From Eledone cirrhosa (Eukaryota): 64,000 nt of DNA. The stretch is taken from NCBI GenBank assembly GCA_964016885.1, contig OZ024745.1:34596001-34660000 (forward strand), given 5' to 3'. The notes below the pieces were generated by a model. It was not told the origin of the DNA. It saw only the letters and a list, made by a program, of their open reading frames with translations, and did no database searches. The number at the start of each line of letters is the position of its first letter. The first letter of the stretch is position 1. Positions 13,531 to 27,290 of the stretch are shown here, in pieces. A program made the position numbers and the translations under genes.

Positions 13531-14233
13531 ACTAGCGGTACGTTTAATGATTTTACTCTTAGTTAAAGTAATGATTTTATCCTTAGTTTAAACTCGATTT
13601 CCTAAACATAATCTGTCACTTAAATAAAAATAAATTATGAATTAATGATACACTCATACATGTTGATTTAATATATTCTTTCCCTTGCTCGACAAAGAAA
13701 AGGGGAAAGAAGATAAGAGGAATTAGGAGCAAACAACCAGCCAACCAGCGACCGGCATATAGGTCAATATAGATTCTCCCGCTCACCTTCTGGAAACGCA
13801 GACTTGAAAATGTATAGTATCAAGACAAAATAATGTCTTACTAAGGAATTCGACTACATTGAAATTTAAATAAAACTACATTGTTTTGCCTGAAATAAGG
13901 ATTATATATTTTTGGCAAATTAACTCAACTCTGTGACATTAATGCTAATCAGATAATTGTCATATTTATAGAATTCTAATTGCTTATTCTGTTCTGTGTT
14001 CCATTATTAATATATATTTAACATGCACATTAAACGACTTGTGTGAATAAAACGTGCTTACTTCGATAACATTTTCTGCTTCAATAATGTTGTGGAAAAA
14101 CATAACCACTATCATCGCTTAGCTTCAGTACCACCCCCTACTCGTTGCAGGTTCCTTAATTAATTGTGATCTCGTAGTCGATCGTTAACCCTGGCCATCA
14201 GGTCTCTTATATATACATTTCTCATCCATTCCA

Positions 14234-14580
14234 GGATGGCATCAAATTGGCAGCGTCCTTAGAAGGCCGAATAGAATACTATGCAGTATTCGTTTCGGCT
14301 CAATGTGGTCTGAGTTCAAATGTCACAGAACGAAAATATGCTTTTCGTTCTTTGGAGGTCGATAACAAAATACCAATCATGTACCGAGCTCGATTCCCTT
14401 CTCTCTCGATCTCTCACTCTCTCTTCTCTATATCTCTTTATTTCTTTTCCTCTTTCACTCTCTCTTCCTCACTCTCTCTTTCTCCCTCTTCCTCACCCCC
14501 CTCCCTCTCTTACTCTCTTGAAACAATCTCCTGCGTTCAAACCTGGAGAGGGATGGATTCCCCCACATTTAAAAAAAAAA
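14234..14580 (+). mobile_element. Family A SINE plus CT-rich linker plus tail module D
   Basis: SINE head and central domain 14234-14392. Module D TTCAAACCTGGAGAGGGATGGA at ~14535-14560. Confidence 0.65.
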
Positions 14581-14979
14581 GCTCAAATCATGACATCTCT
14601 ACGACTTTACTAGAAGTTACTGCTCCATACTTAAATGCCCTTCAAGGATTTGTGGGAAGGTAAATCAAAATGACCGAAATATCTACACAATTTTATTAAA
14701 CAATAAAAGTATTTCTTTTTTAATTGCTCAACGGTGGATTGATGAGAGATTGATTAGAGCAATTATCAGAATGAATAGTTGAGATAGTGATGTGTACAAT
14801 ACAAGACGTATATCAATTTAAATAAGTCTAAAGTTTACTAAGGTTTCTATTGGTATATACAGTAACACTGCAGAGTTATGTTTACGGGAGATTTTATCTC
14901 TCAACATTCTGTATGATGCAGCAGAAAATACTTAAAAGCAGGTTTATTAACTCAAATGTTTATAGTATATAAGTACATG

Positions 14980-15300
14980 TCTTAGTGGTTAGATCGTTGG
15001 ACTTACAATCGTGAAGATGTGAGTTCGATTCCCAGATAGTGCGATACGTTCTGCCCTTGAACAAGTCACTTTATTCCATTTTGCTCCAGTTTACACAGCT
15101 TTAGAAATGAGTTGCGACGTCACAGGTGTCAACCTGTATCGGCCATTGCTTTTCCTTTCGACAGCATCGGTGACGTGACGAGGATACATGGGCGACTGAT
15201 GGTCTTTCACAAAAAACACCTTGTGGGCGGGGAGGGGGGGGGGGGACTTCTAGGTGCAAATCCTATGATCATTCGTGACAGAATAGAGGTCTTTACCCTC
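14980..15300 (+). mobile_element. tRNA-derived CORE-like SINE
   Basis: TAGTGGTTAGATCGTTGGACTTACAATCG...GAGTTCGATTCC. Similar to 6715-6850 and 44060-44200. Confidence 0.7.
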
Positions 15301-15583
15301 TACTATTTGACAGCTCTTAGGGAAATTTACATTATAACAGTAAAGACTGTAAATAGTAATGCCATACAGCCATAGTGATGTTTTGCACTTCACAATAATG
15401 TAGTTTTTAAGGTTTTATAGAAAGGACAGCAGAGAGGAATTAATTGCTAAATCTCGTAGTGTCACATTCATTTCTATTATTTTATTACAAAATTATTTAC
15501 ATAAAATTATTACATTCTTCTCTTGATACCCGCTGAAATTGAAAAGACACATTTACAACTGTTCGTGTGTTTGGTTATGTATG

Positions 15584-15624
<41 letters not shown>

Positions 15625-15662
15625 GTGCGTGTGTGTGAATGCATGTATCTATATGTATATGA

Positions 15663-15777
<115 letters not shown>

Positions 15778-16564
15778 TTGTGTGTGTGTGTGTGTGTGTA
15801 AGTGTATGGTGGTATTTATTGAAAGCGAGTGAGAGGTCCAATAATGTCTTACCAGATTTTACAAACCCATTCAGCAATCCATTCTTATATGAGAAAGTTC
15901 CATGGCTGTATAAAATCCAGGAAACTAGAAAATTAATTTCCTGTCAATTCGACACACCATTATCAAGAACTGGGTTCTTAGCCTACAATGATGGCATGCT
16001 ACCTCATGACATTTCGGCTGAAAAAAAGCAACAAAAATAAACGATAAATTAAATGCCTGCATCTCGATTGCTAGGTGGAAATGGGTGGCTTATTACTTGA
16101 GTATTATGGGCAATCATAGATTCTGCTATCACTAAATACCATAGGTTATTTCTGATATATGTTGTCGCATCTTGATATTGTTTCATAATTCTATAATTAT
16201 TATGCTTGTGTGTACGTATATATATATTATTAAGGGAGATAAATACATCATATGGTTTTTATTGTATATCTTGCATCAGTACAGTTCCTTCAATTAGTGT
16301 ATACCTTTTCGTAACTTTCTCACGTTAACTTATGTATGTATGTGTATGTATATGTATGTATGTATGCATGTATTATGTATGTGTATGTATATGTTTGTAT
16401 GCATGTTTGTATGCATGTATTATGGATGTATATGTGCATGCTTGTATGTACGTACGTATGCATGTACGTACGTACGTATGTATGTATGTATGTATGCATG
16501 TATGTATGTATGTATGTATGTATGTATGTATGTATGTATGTATGTATGTATATATGTATGTATG

Positions 16565-16598
<34 letters not shown>

Positions 16599-17269
16599 TG
16601 TATGTATGTATGTATGTTCGGAGATGCACTTTCGGTATATTTACATCGTAGAATTGACAATTTATACATTTAAAAACACACAAATCCTGTTAAATTTACT
16701 TTATATTTATAATATTATTTCATGGTGTCAAAATCCTTCGTCACACTGCTTATAGAGAAAGTTTAATGATTAATAAGGTGAAGTTATTACGTCGTTTCCA
16801 TCTTAAACCAACATGTAATAGACTGGGTTTATCTGGGTTTTTATAACCTAACTGAAGTCTTTCGAAATTTCAGACTAAAACTGAGTGTTGGAACTAAACT
16901 AATTACATAGTGACAAATCCTTTTAGCCATTAAAAACGTACAAAATCTGTTAAATTCACTTTACATTGATTATTTATTCCCTGGTGTCAAACTTGTTGCT
17001 ACAGTAGAACTGTATCAATGACCTGGACTCAAAGAGTGCAATGGAATATTATCACCACGTGTATGTGTGTGTGTGTGTGTGTGATTCAGTATCTATATGG
17101 TCCTGTTTCTATGTTTCTATACATATATTTATGGATATCTGCAAACAGCTGTTTCATTCATCTATTGCGTTTTATGTACATACGTTTTTCTTTGATCTTT
17201 GGAGACTTTAAAGTAATCTTTATGTACCTGTAACTTTCATATATACAGTATATACACAAAATATACCTA

Positions 17270-18026
17270 CCCACCTATACTATATATACATGCAACCCTC
17301 CCAACATCTGATTACACAATCCGCGGAAAAACCCCAGCAACAGACCCACACACAAACACTTACACTATTTTCGCACCACGCCATCATACACCCACACCAC
17401 ATATAAACACACACACACAGAGACACGTGCGTATCCCCACATACACACACTCAGCCTCCGGACTCCACGCGCCCCCTCTCCCCCACCCCCTCCTACCCCT
17501 CTCCATCCACATGCATACACACACCGACTCACACCCCACCCATGTACACACCGGTTCCCCTATTACCCGAACATGGAATCTCGTTTTTTCCCCCAACTCT
17601 CACATTCACATCCACACACACACACACGTACACCTACACACATAGGCACACACCACCTTCAGCAGTCCCCGCTCGGACCCCCCCCCCTCGTCTCCCTCTC
17701 CATCCCTCCTCCACCCACCACCACCCCTACACGCCTCACACCCTTTCACCACTTGTTTCTTTTAATTTTAATTTTTTTTCTCTCCCAACACTTCCTTTTC
17801 CTCCCGTTTCTCTAACACCCCCTTTTTTTAAACTAATTTTTTTAATCTCTTTCCACTACTCCCCCACACACCTTCGGAACTCTCTTCCTACCCACTTTTC
17901 TCCTGATGAAGGACTTATGCCCGAAACGTCGTCCCCCACCCGCCACTCTCAAGCGTGAAACTAATAATAACTTTTGTACTGCCCCTTCGCTTCCACGTTT
18001 TTTTGTTTTCTGTTCACCGTCGCAAC

Positions 18027-18030
<4 letters not shown>
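17270..18030 (+). mobile_element. Penelope-like 3' region with minimal hammerhead
   Basis: C/A-rich UTR-like tract, then CTGATGA-A-GGACTTATGCCC-GAAACGTC (17903-17930) and tail CTCAAGCGTGAAACTAATA...TGTACTG, related to 243-280. Ends at (TA)n. Stem I pairing is poor. Confidence 0.6.
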
Positions 18031-18072
<42 letters not shown>

Positions 18073-18076
<4 letters not shown>

Positions 18077-18205
18077 CTAAGGAAGTGTGGTAAGGAACCA
18101 GATGGACCATAACGCACCAGAGTACTCAATACTTATGGTAGTAGAGTGGGTAATATGAAAATGTTTGCGTTATGGCCCATCTGGTTCCTTACCACACTTC
18201 CTTAG

Positions 18206-18210
<5 letters not shown>
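18073..18210. mobile_element. Short element with ~45-bp terminal inverted repeats in (TA)n
   Basis: AACTAAGGAAGTGTGGTAAGGAACCAGATGGACCATAACGCA ... TGCGTTATGGCCCATCTGGTTCCTTACCACACTTCCTTAGTT. Same family as 30800-31201. Confidence 0.85.
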
Positions 18211-18289
<79 letters not shown>

Positions 18290-18963
18290 GTACCATCTTG
18301 TATATGGTTTATATACAGAGCTAAATAGATTTATATACGAATACCAATTCAAGCCAATTTTTCCCTTATGTGTGACTCTCTCTCTTTCAAATCAATACTG
18401 CTTTCTCTATTATTTCACGAGCCATCATCCTAAACAAACCAAGCGAAGAATTCCCTTCTTTTCTTTATTTTCTCTTTCATATCATCTCTCCATATATATT
18501 CGCTGTAATTTTATTCTGTACCTTTCCAGTAAATCCTTCTCATTAATAAAACGCAAAGGAGACACAAACTTATGTATGTGCTTGCTTGCATACATATATA
18601 TATATATATTATTCAAAATATTAATAAATGAAGACATTCACCTAATCAAAATATATGTTTTATTATATATATTTCGAAGGTACTGTACTGTTTTTTCAGT
18701 ACGTCCTCGTCAGATAAAATATATGAATTGATGTATGACATACCTCAACTGTCTTGATGGTTCAATTCCAGTATTGGCAGTGATTTATTACAACAAATCT
18801 CAACATTTATATACCACAAATAATAACATGATAAACTTAAATATGATGAAGAAGAGGATGTGGAACGAGATATAGGTATAAGGGGGGGGGGGAGTATGAG
18901 AAAATGCAAGAAGAAATAAATAAACACATACATACATAAATATTTAAATGCGTAAATAAGCGT

Positions 18964-18973
18964 GTTAGGGAAG

Positions 18974-19052
<79 letters not shown>

Positions 19053-19144
19053 AAGAAGAAAGAAGAAAGAAGAAAGAAGAGAATAGAGAAGAAGGAGAGA
19101 TAGAGATAGAAGAGAGAAGAAGAAAGACGTAACTGCAAAAAGGA

Positions 19145-19180
<36 letters not shown>

Positions 19181-19600
19181 AGGGACATGATGCGTGACCG
19201 TTGTTTTCAAATATTAAGTCGAATAGAAGCGACCCATTAAATACCATGAAATTCTTTTAATATCTTTCGTATTTGGTTATGTTTAAGCTAATTATACTAA
19301 TATATTATATCAAAATTAAACAATATAAAAATATTTTCTATAATAATCAGAAGCATAGTTTAATTATTATATTTATTAAATATTTTGTTACAAAATTTTA
19401 AAACATTTTTATCTATAAAGCAAGTTTAAATACATATTAAATATGTATAAGGATATTTACTACAACTTATGCGCATATCACCATCAGTATATGCATTTTA
19501 TATAAGTTACGTCTTTCTTCTTCTCTCTTCTATCTCTCTCTCCCCTTCTCTCTTCTTTCTTCTCTTCTATCTCTCTCTCTCTCTCTGTTTCTTCCCTAAC
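18964..19600. repeat. Fold-back with GA/TC-rich arms
   Basis: TGTTAGGGAAGAAA(GA)n...AGAAGAAAGACGTAACT versus AGTTACGTCTTTCTTCT...(TC)n...TTCTTCCCTAACA, around an AT-rich spacer. Confidence 0.75.
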
Positions 19601-20899
19601 ATGGGTTTTCTATGACAACATCTAATTCCTGGCATATCTACAACAGTAGAGGTTCATTGTTATTATATGTTCTCATTCAATGACGACGTAAGCTGTTGTA
19701 TGTAGTAGAGTCACATTCCCCACAAGCATTCAAATAAACCAGCACTAGAAATTTGTAATCCTTAATAACATTTTTTAAGTCGATTAGAAGATCGCGTAAA
19801 ATTTATATATTTATAAAGATTAGGAGCGTACACAGTGGCCATAAAATGGATTAATATGAGCGGAAACCTATCATAATCCGATCCGAGATACCATACGGAA
19901 GCTCCGTCAGATGTAGCACCAGGGAGATTCTTAGAACAAAACCGACTCTGGCTTCACGAAGCTCTTCACGAAGTCTTCGCGAAGACTTTTCTAGAATATC
20001 GTGTATCTTGTGTCTGGCCATCTTCAGGTAACCATGTTTCAGACAAAGCAACAATATCTAGTTGATACCGATGGAACATTTTACCAATCGGAGCAGTTCG
20101 ACCTTTAGGGTGATTTGAGCTTGGTAAATCCAATAGCATGCGTACGTTCTAGGCCGCAATTTTCGAAGATATTGAAGTTGTATTCTGTTCGTTGTGTGTC
20201 TTATTATTCACTACTGCAAACCTCCCTGCTATTCTGAAGTAACTAATTTATATATCATTTCCAGTCAGGCTCACACAACACACCTGTCTTTCCTCATATA
20301 GTCACCCCTACTGTTTCTCACTAATCCCACGCTCTACATTAATCGTTATGCTTACCCTGTGTGATACCAAACCACATGGAGCAGCTCGTAATTTTATGAT
20401 AATGTGGCCATAGCTAATTTAAAACCTTCCAGCATAATTTCATGTAAGGACTTTTGATAAGTTATGTTCCAAACATAATGGAATCGTAATGCTATATTAT
20501 CAAATCACTCTAAATTCTTCATTATTTTCAAAATAATTTGTAACCTATAGCAAGTTTCTCTCATTAGAAATATGTTTTAAAAAGAGTTAATCGTTTTTCT
20601 TCTTCTGGAGTTAGCTTTCCTCACATGATTATTCAGTAGGCAGCAACTTACAGATGTTTAAGCGGAACTTTAAACGTATCGATCTTGATAGTCCACCTTT
20701 GCTAGGATTTACTCCTCAGACCATAAAAGTATTGTCATAGTCACAATTATCCTCGTCCTCTTTAAGTTTTCTTTCTGTCTTGTTAGCTTTCGGAAATGGT
20801 AATCCTAAACCATCAGAATCATTTGTTCTTTTTAGTTATTTGGCTTTAAAATTCGATGAAATATAATAATAGTAGGACACTGGCATTTAGATATAATTC

Positions 20900-21900
20900 C
20901 AGCTTTTATTTGTGATCTCATTCGTTATATCGATGTTAAATTATGTCTTGTATCCTTCTTATTCTGGTTACCTACTGTGCAGTATCCGGTCAAAAAGTTT
21001 TTCCGACACCATATTCATAGTATCAACCAAATTCTACCTCGGAATCAACGAAACAGTAGACATCTACAGGATGTCGTTTGTCTAGTCGAAAAAAAATATA
21101 ATAAATCTATACGAGAGTTTCCTCTATTTAATCCTTGTAACTCTTCTCTATTCCAGACTATGAAAAAGTGCCAAATATGTAAGTAGTGAAATCACCCTTG
21201 CCTTCATCCGAATCACGATATTTGAGCTGATTAGCTTAAACAGTAGGACTATCCATAACTCTTATAAGGTATTCTTTTCTCACTTTCAACCTCGTTCCTC
21301 CTTGTAGCTCTTGGTCTACTTTCAATATTCCAAGGTATTCTAACTGTCCAACTTTTAAGGAGCTCATTCGGCGTTTCTGCTTTTACTGATATAATCTAAC
21401 ACTGTTCTCTTTCATAATCCTTTTCGTTCTAAGGATAAGATTAAACCATATTTCTCTAATCCAAACACTAATTTCTCTTAGTTGATCCATCTTAATCTAC
21501 GATTAGAGATAACCTTACTTTTAATTTCTTTCCTCATTCTTTCCCTTGTTTCTATTTATCACTCTGGCAAACGATATCATATGCTCTTACTGAAACACTA
21601 ATAGATGCTTAAAGGCTCAACTCAAAATCTTTGAACAGACATTAATGAAATTCCCTGATAATATACAGAAATTTCTGGTTTGCGTGAAATATACCTTGCG
21701 AAATATTCTCATGTTACAATATTACATTGAAATCGTTTTGAAATAGGACAAGGTATCTCCTTGGAATATTATTTTCCAATACATACTTTAATCCTGCATG
21801 AAGGTAAATAGTATTTTTGTGACATCCTTTTTTTCTTTTTCAATAACTTTCTGAAATATTTATTGGTTGTTTACCCCTATTCTTTTAAACAATATCAGTT
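20900..21900 (-). pseudogene. Decayed non-LTR retrotransposon reverse transcriptase (R4/Dong-like)
   Basis: Minus-strand peptides NIFQGDTLS (~21745-21772, like RT motif GIFQGDSLS), FGLEK (~21452-21466) and GQLEYLGILKVDQ...KVRKEYL (~21265-21350, like YKYLGI...KEY). Broken by stops and frameshifts. Confidence 0.7.
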
Positions 21901-22519
21901 GAGGTATTTTATTATCTTTAATACATTCACTAACGGTTCTCTTAAATACAACTCAGCTCTGTGATTGGTAAGGATTTCTACTTATTTTATTTACATTCTT
22001 TATATATTTGGTTGATGGACAAAATTTAAAATGTTTCATAGTAATATTTCTGTGAAATTCATCATTCTGTTGGTCTGACTGAGGTCAAAAATAAATAGCT
22101 TTGTGTCTCATTGTTATTGTATTTTAGGGGTTGGGTGCATTGTTTTTATTTTCTTTTAAAATGTTCATAACTTATGGGTGTAATTATTCATTTCATGGAT
22201 CAATGCAAAATCTATTCTGCAGGAAATTACTTTACTAATGTTGCTGATAATTCTAAAATATACTCCACCATTGTTGCTGATACATCTCGCGTTGATTCAT
22301 TTGTTGATAGTTTTACTGTCATGATCACTTCAATGTTTTATTACAGCTAAATAATGTTATTATTTAATGGGATTACTCCCTATGTAGGAAAGTATACCAA
22401 TAACAACAACTGACTCTACAACCCTCAAGTAACACCCACAATTGGCACTTGCTTTGGTAGGCAGAGTAATTCAAGAGGTTTGTTGTTCCTTCATTGGATT
22501 AGATGGTTGCCTCAATAAT

Positions 22520-22558
<39 letters not shown>

Positions 22559-22914
22559 TGTGTGTGTGTAAGCGCGAACATGTGTTGGAAGTGTATGTGT
22601 GTGTACACATATGTGGGGAATGTATGTGTGTGACTTTGTCCCTCGCCTTTCTAATGCCTCACATGTAGTGAGATAATCATTTTTTTTTCTTTTCCTTTTT
22701 CTTGTTTTTCTTCTTTTTAATACATATACTACCACATAGCTCATACTAAATATATGAAATAAACCTTTAGTTCGGAGGTACAAATGGCAGACTTGCTAGA
22801 GCGTCAGAAAAGATACTTTATGGTATTTGTTCCAGCTTATACATTCTGATTTCAATTTCCGCTTAGGTTAATTTTGACATTCGTCCTTCCAGGATTGGTA
22901 AGTATAGTACCGTA

Positions 22915-23440
22915 TATAGTCGTAGAGGGGCCATTGTCACATACGGCGAGTCTTGGACACATTAAACCTGGCGGGACCCATCTCCTCTCCAGGTTGGAAC
23001 AAAGCCGATATCTTTCAAAGAAGGAGAGATAGATTGGGAGATAGGAAGTGAGAAAGGGATAAAGAAAAAAAAAGAAACCCAAGTAGCGAACTGCTATTTT
23101 TTATCCACCGCTTAATGATGAAAGACAAAGTTAACCTCAGCGGGATTTGAAGTCAGAGGGCTCAGAGAGCAGATATAAAACAGCAAAGCAATCTAGCCGG
23201 CGTTCTAACGTCTTTGCCAATTTGCCACCTAGCTCAATAAAATATTTAAAATAATTGTTTCTACTTTTGGCACAAGGCCAGCGAATAACCAGTGCATTAC
23301 TGGTACTTTATTTTATCGACCCCGTAAGGATGAAAGGTAAAGTTAACCTCGACGGGATTTAAACTCAGATCGTAAAGGGACGTAACTATGGTGGAAAGCA
23401 TGGTGTCCGACCCTCTACCAATACTGCCAATTCACCTACG
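22915..23440 (-). mobile_element. Family A SINE with module D (22915-23230) and a young family A copy (23252-23440)
   Basis: Reverse complement of the family A central domain occurs twice. Module D at 22915-23040. Confidence 0.8.
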
Positions 23441-23551
23441 CCATTGCCAATTCACCTTTTAAAATAATAACAGTTAAGCACTGGTGTTGATTGAACCGAT
23501 TAAACCTTCCCCCAGTCACCAACATGTAGTTCTATGCCAATGTTGATTCAA

Positions 23552-24902
23552 TATTACTATAACCATCACTATTACTATAACCATCACTATTACTATAACC
23601 ATCACTATTGCTATAGACATCACTATTACTATAACCATCACTATTACTATAACCATCACTATTGCTATAGACATCACTATTACTATAACCATCACTATTA
23701 CTATAACCATCACTATTGCTATAGACATCACTATTGCTATAACCATCACTATTACTATAACCATCACTATTACTATAACCATCACTATTACTATAACCAT
23801 CACTATTACTATAACCATCACTATTACGATAACCATCACTATTGCTATAGACATCACTATTACTATAACCATCACTATTACGATAACCATCACTATTGCT
23901 ATAGACATCACTATTACTATAACCATCACTATTACTATAACCATCACTATTACTATAACCATCACTATTACTATAACCATCACTATTACTATAACCATCA
24001 CTATTGCTATAGACATCACTATTACTATAACCATCACTATTACTATAACCATCACTATTACTATAACCATCACTATTGCTATAGACATCACTATTACTAT
24101 AACCATATTACTATAACCATCACTATTACTATAACCATCACTATTACTATAACCATCACTATTGCTATAGACATCACTATTACTATAACCATCACTATTA
24201 CTATAACCATCACTATTACTATAACCATCACTATTACTATAACCATCACTATTACTATAGACATCACTATTACTATAACCATCACTATTACTATAACCAT
24301 CACTATTTCTATAACCATCACTATTACTATAACCATCACTATTACTATAACCATCACTATTACTATAGACATCACTATTACTATAACCATCACTATTACT
24401 ATAACCATCACTATTACTATAGACATCACTATTACTATAACCATCACTATTACTATAACCATCACTATTGCTATAGACATCACTATTACTATAACCATCA
24501 CTATTACTATAACCATCACTATTACTATAGACATCACTATTACTATAACCATCACTATTACTATAACCATCACTATTACTATAACCATCACTATTACTAT
24601 AGACATCACTATTACTATAACCATCACTATTACTATAACCATCACTATTACTATAACCATCACTATTGCTATAGACATCACTATTACTATAACCATCACT
24701 ATTACTATAACCATCACTATTACTATAGACATCACTATTACTATAGACATCACTATTACTATAACCATCACTATTACTATAACCATCACTATTACTATAA
24801 CCATCACTATTACTATAACCATCACTATTACTATAACCATCACTATTACTATAACCATCACTATTACTATAACCATCACTATTACTATAGACATCACTAT
24901 TG
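23552..24902. repeat. 18-bp minisatellite, ~75 units (TATTACTATAACCATCAC and variants)
   Basis: Direct tandem array with variants TATTGCTATAGACATCAC and TATTACTATAGACATCAC. One 4-nt deletion near 24106. Confidence 0.97.
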
Positions 24903-25009
24903 CCGCAGCTTTACTTATTTATCATACGGCTTTAAAGAATTAAATCCTGCCTGTTTGCTGTATAAGCAAATTGGAAATATTTCATTTTATTTTTTTCTGC
25001 CTTTTCAAT

Positions 25010-25063
25010 ATCTCTCTCCCATCTCTCTCTCTCTCTATATATATATATATTTTTTTTTTTTTC

Positions 25064-25095
<32 letters not shown>

Positions 25096-25137
25096 ATCTC
25101 TGTCTGTCTGTCTCTCTCTCCCTCTCTCTCTCTCTCA

Positions 25138-25171
<34 letters not shown>

Positions 25172-25226
25172 ATTTTTCTCTCTCTGTCTGTCTCTCTCCC
25201 TCTCTTTCTCATCTCTCTCAGTCTGG

Positions 25227-25285
<59 letters not shown>

Positions 25286-25397
25286 TCTCTCTCTCTGTCT
25301 CTCTCTCCCTCTCTTTCTCATCACTCATCTCTCTCTGTATGTCTGTCTCTCTCTCTCTGTCTCTCTCTCCCTCTCTTTCTCATCACTCTCATCTCTC

Positions 25398-25477
<80 letters not shown>

Positions 25478-25520
25478 TCTCTCTGTCTGTCTGTCTCTCT
25501 TCCTCTCTCTCTTCTTTTCT
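25010..25520. repeat. Compound (CT)n/(CTGT)n microsatellite with ~60-bp higher-order repeats
   Basis: Repeated CATCTCTCTCTGTCTGTCTCTCTC...CCCTCTCTTTCTCATC blocks. Confidence 0.9.
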
Positions 25521-25973
25521 TTTTCTGTTTTCTTTTAATTTTATATTTCATTTACTTTTCCCTTTTTTCTTGAGAGCTGTTCTGTCTACTGTGCAAATAT
25601 GTACACAGTACCTGTGCACGTGCGAGAAATGTCTGCTATGGTGTGTGTGTGGTCTGTGTGTGTATGTGTTTAAGTGGCTTATATCTATCTGCTAGCGGTA
25701 TATGCCATGGTGTGTGATATGTGTTTGTGTGTGTGGATGTTTATGTGTATTTCGTTGGTTGCATGTGTCTGTATGTCCTGTACTTGTTATCAATATAGGT
25801 TATATTGTGTGATGAGCTTGTTTGATGAGTGAGCACTTTTTTGTATGTTTGTATGTTTGTGGGTATGTATCTGTGCGGGTGTTTGTATATGACTACTTCT
25901 GTCTTTATGTGCGTGTGTATGTATGTGTTATCCCTTACCTCTGTCTCTGTGTGTCTGTATGTATATGTGTGCA

Positions 25974-26058
<85 letters not shown>

Positions 26059-26428
26059 AATAACTATTGATTCAATACTATCGTTTGTTATTCTTGCTAT
26101 CCTTTTCTTTTACAACTCTTTGTTTTCCTCTATTGTAGAAAGAATCTTCTTATATGTGTGCTGCTTAAAGTTCAAACGTTCAGCTAGCACCAAAGTAAAA
26201 TAATTCTTCATTGCGTTTTTATCCCTATCGTTGTTTACTAGTCTAAGTATTCCTATTATTACAGCAGTATACCTACATATATATACTTCTTCCCTATCTA
26301 AACGCACGTTCAGAACTCATCCGTTTTCTTTAACGATATATTTACTGTATATTTATAATACATTTACACGTGAAGAGCATCATAATGTTTTAGTCATTGT
26401 ATATAATTTCTTTCTTTAACACATTGCT

Positions 26429-26512
<84 letters not shown>

Positions 26513-26629
26513 GTATATTTATTTCACCAGCGCTCTTTTGTCTCCATTCAAAGTTATCTTTCGCAGATATTCGCCGCAGTCTATATTTTGTGTAATTGCC
26601 TCAGGTTTAAGAGTTGTTTAAGTCCTGTA

Positions 26630-26970
26630 GTGAAATAGAATCGATCTAAGTTGATGAACAGAACAGCCTGCTCGTGAAATGAACATACAACTTATACGCA
26701 TTCGTCAGACACGTGTATCCTTAACGTAATTCTCGCGAGAGGGATTCAGCGAGACGGTGTGACAAGGCTGACCTTTTCAATTATAGTTACAGTTAAAGTA
26801 ATTCCGGTCGATTTCCAAGCAGTTTCTTTCTACTCAATTTAACTCAAAATGCTTCGCATGATGTGAGGCTATGGTAAATGAAACGTTCCCACCATGCCAC
26901 GCAGTAGAATCGAATCCAGGATATTATGTTTGCAAAGCTAACTTCTGACCCATTCAGGCATGACGTGTTC
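26630..26970 (+). mobile_element. Interspersed repeat (family C)
   Basis: GAACAGCCTGCTCGTGAAAT...CAGACACGTGTA...GATTCAGC...GTGACAAGG recurs at 35410-35700, 46340-46560 (-) and 49470-49620. Confidence 0.6.
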
Positions 26971-27069
26971 AGAACTTGTTTTATGAAGTAATTAGGTCAA
27001 TCAATGACGTTTATGATCGACTGTTTCGGCAAATAACACACTTACTTAAGGTGATCATGTCACATCCTT

Positions 27070-27290
27070 CTTAATCCTTTCGTTACAATATTTCTTAGGA
27101 AACAATTTCCAAACAATTTCGTAAATAATCAAGAATTTTGTGGAATTTAGTATTATAACTACATTGGTCATTAGTAAAAAAAAAATGGTTCTTACCTAAA
27201 TTTGTCAAGGAAGGGTTTTAGATGTATATAAACAGCTTAAAATAAGCATCTGTATCGTAGAATCTAGATGTTTCAGGCGGTTTGGTATTT
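27070..27290. mobile_element. piggyBac-like MITE (TTAACCC-type ends)
   Basis: Related copies at 20350-20585, 43478-43714 and 63068-63326, with TTAACCCTTT..TTACC and GGTATCAAAA.GGTAAA ends. Confidence 0.5.

Noticed and set aside
16665-16992. Short diverged direct repeats (also 1798-1865, and 35333-35402 versus 36023-36090)
   Set aside because: Ordinary local duplications with no further structure.
19830-20180. DNA transposon fragment
   Set aside because: No paired TIRs, TSD or transposase motif could be confirmed.
23552-24902. CRISPR-like array
   Set aside because: No unique spacers, no cas genes, eukaryotic context.
23534-24943. 469-aa His/Tyr- and Ile/Thr-rich ORF and antisense ORFs
   Set aside because: Translation of an 18-bp minisatellite that lacks stops in several frames. 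The peptide changes character at a 4-nt deletion. No evidence of coding function.
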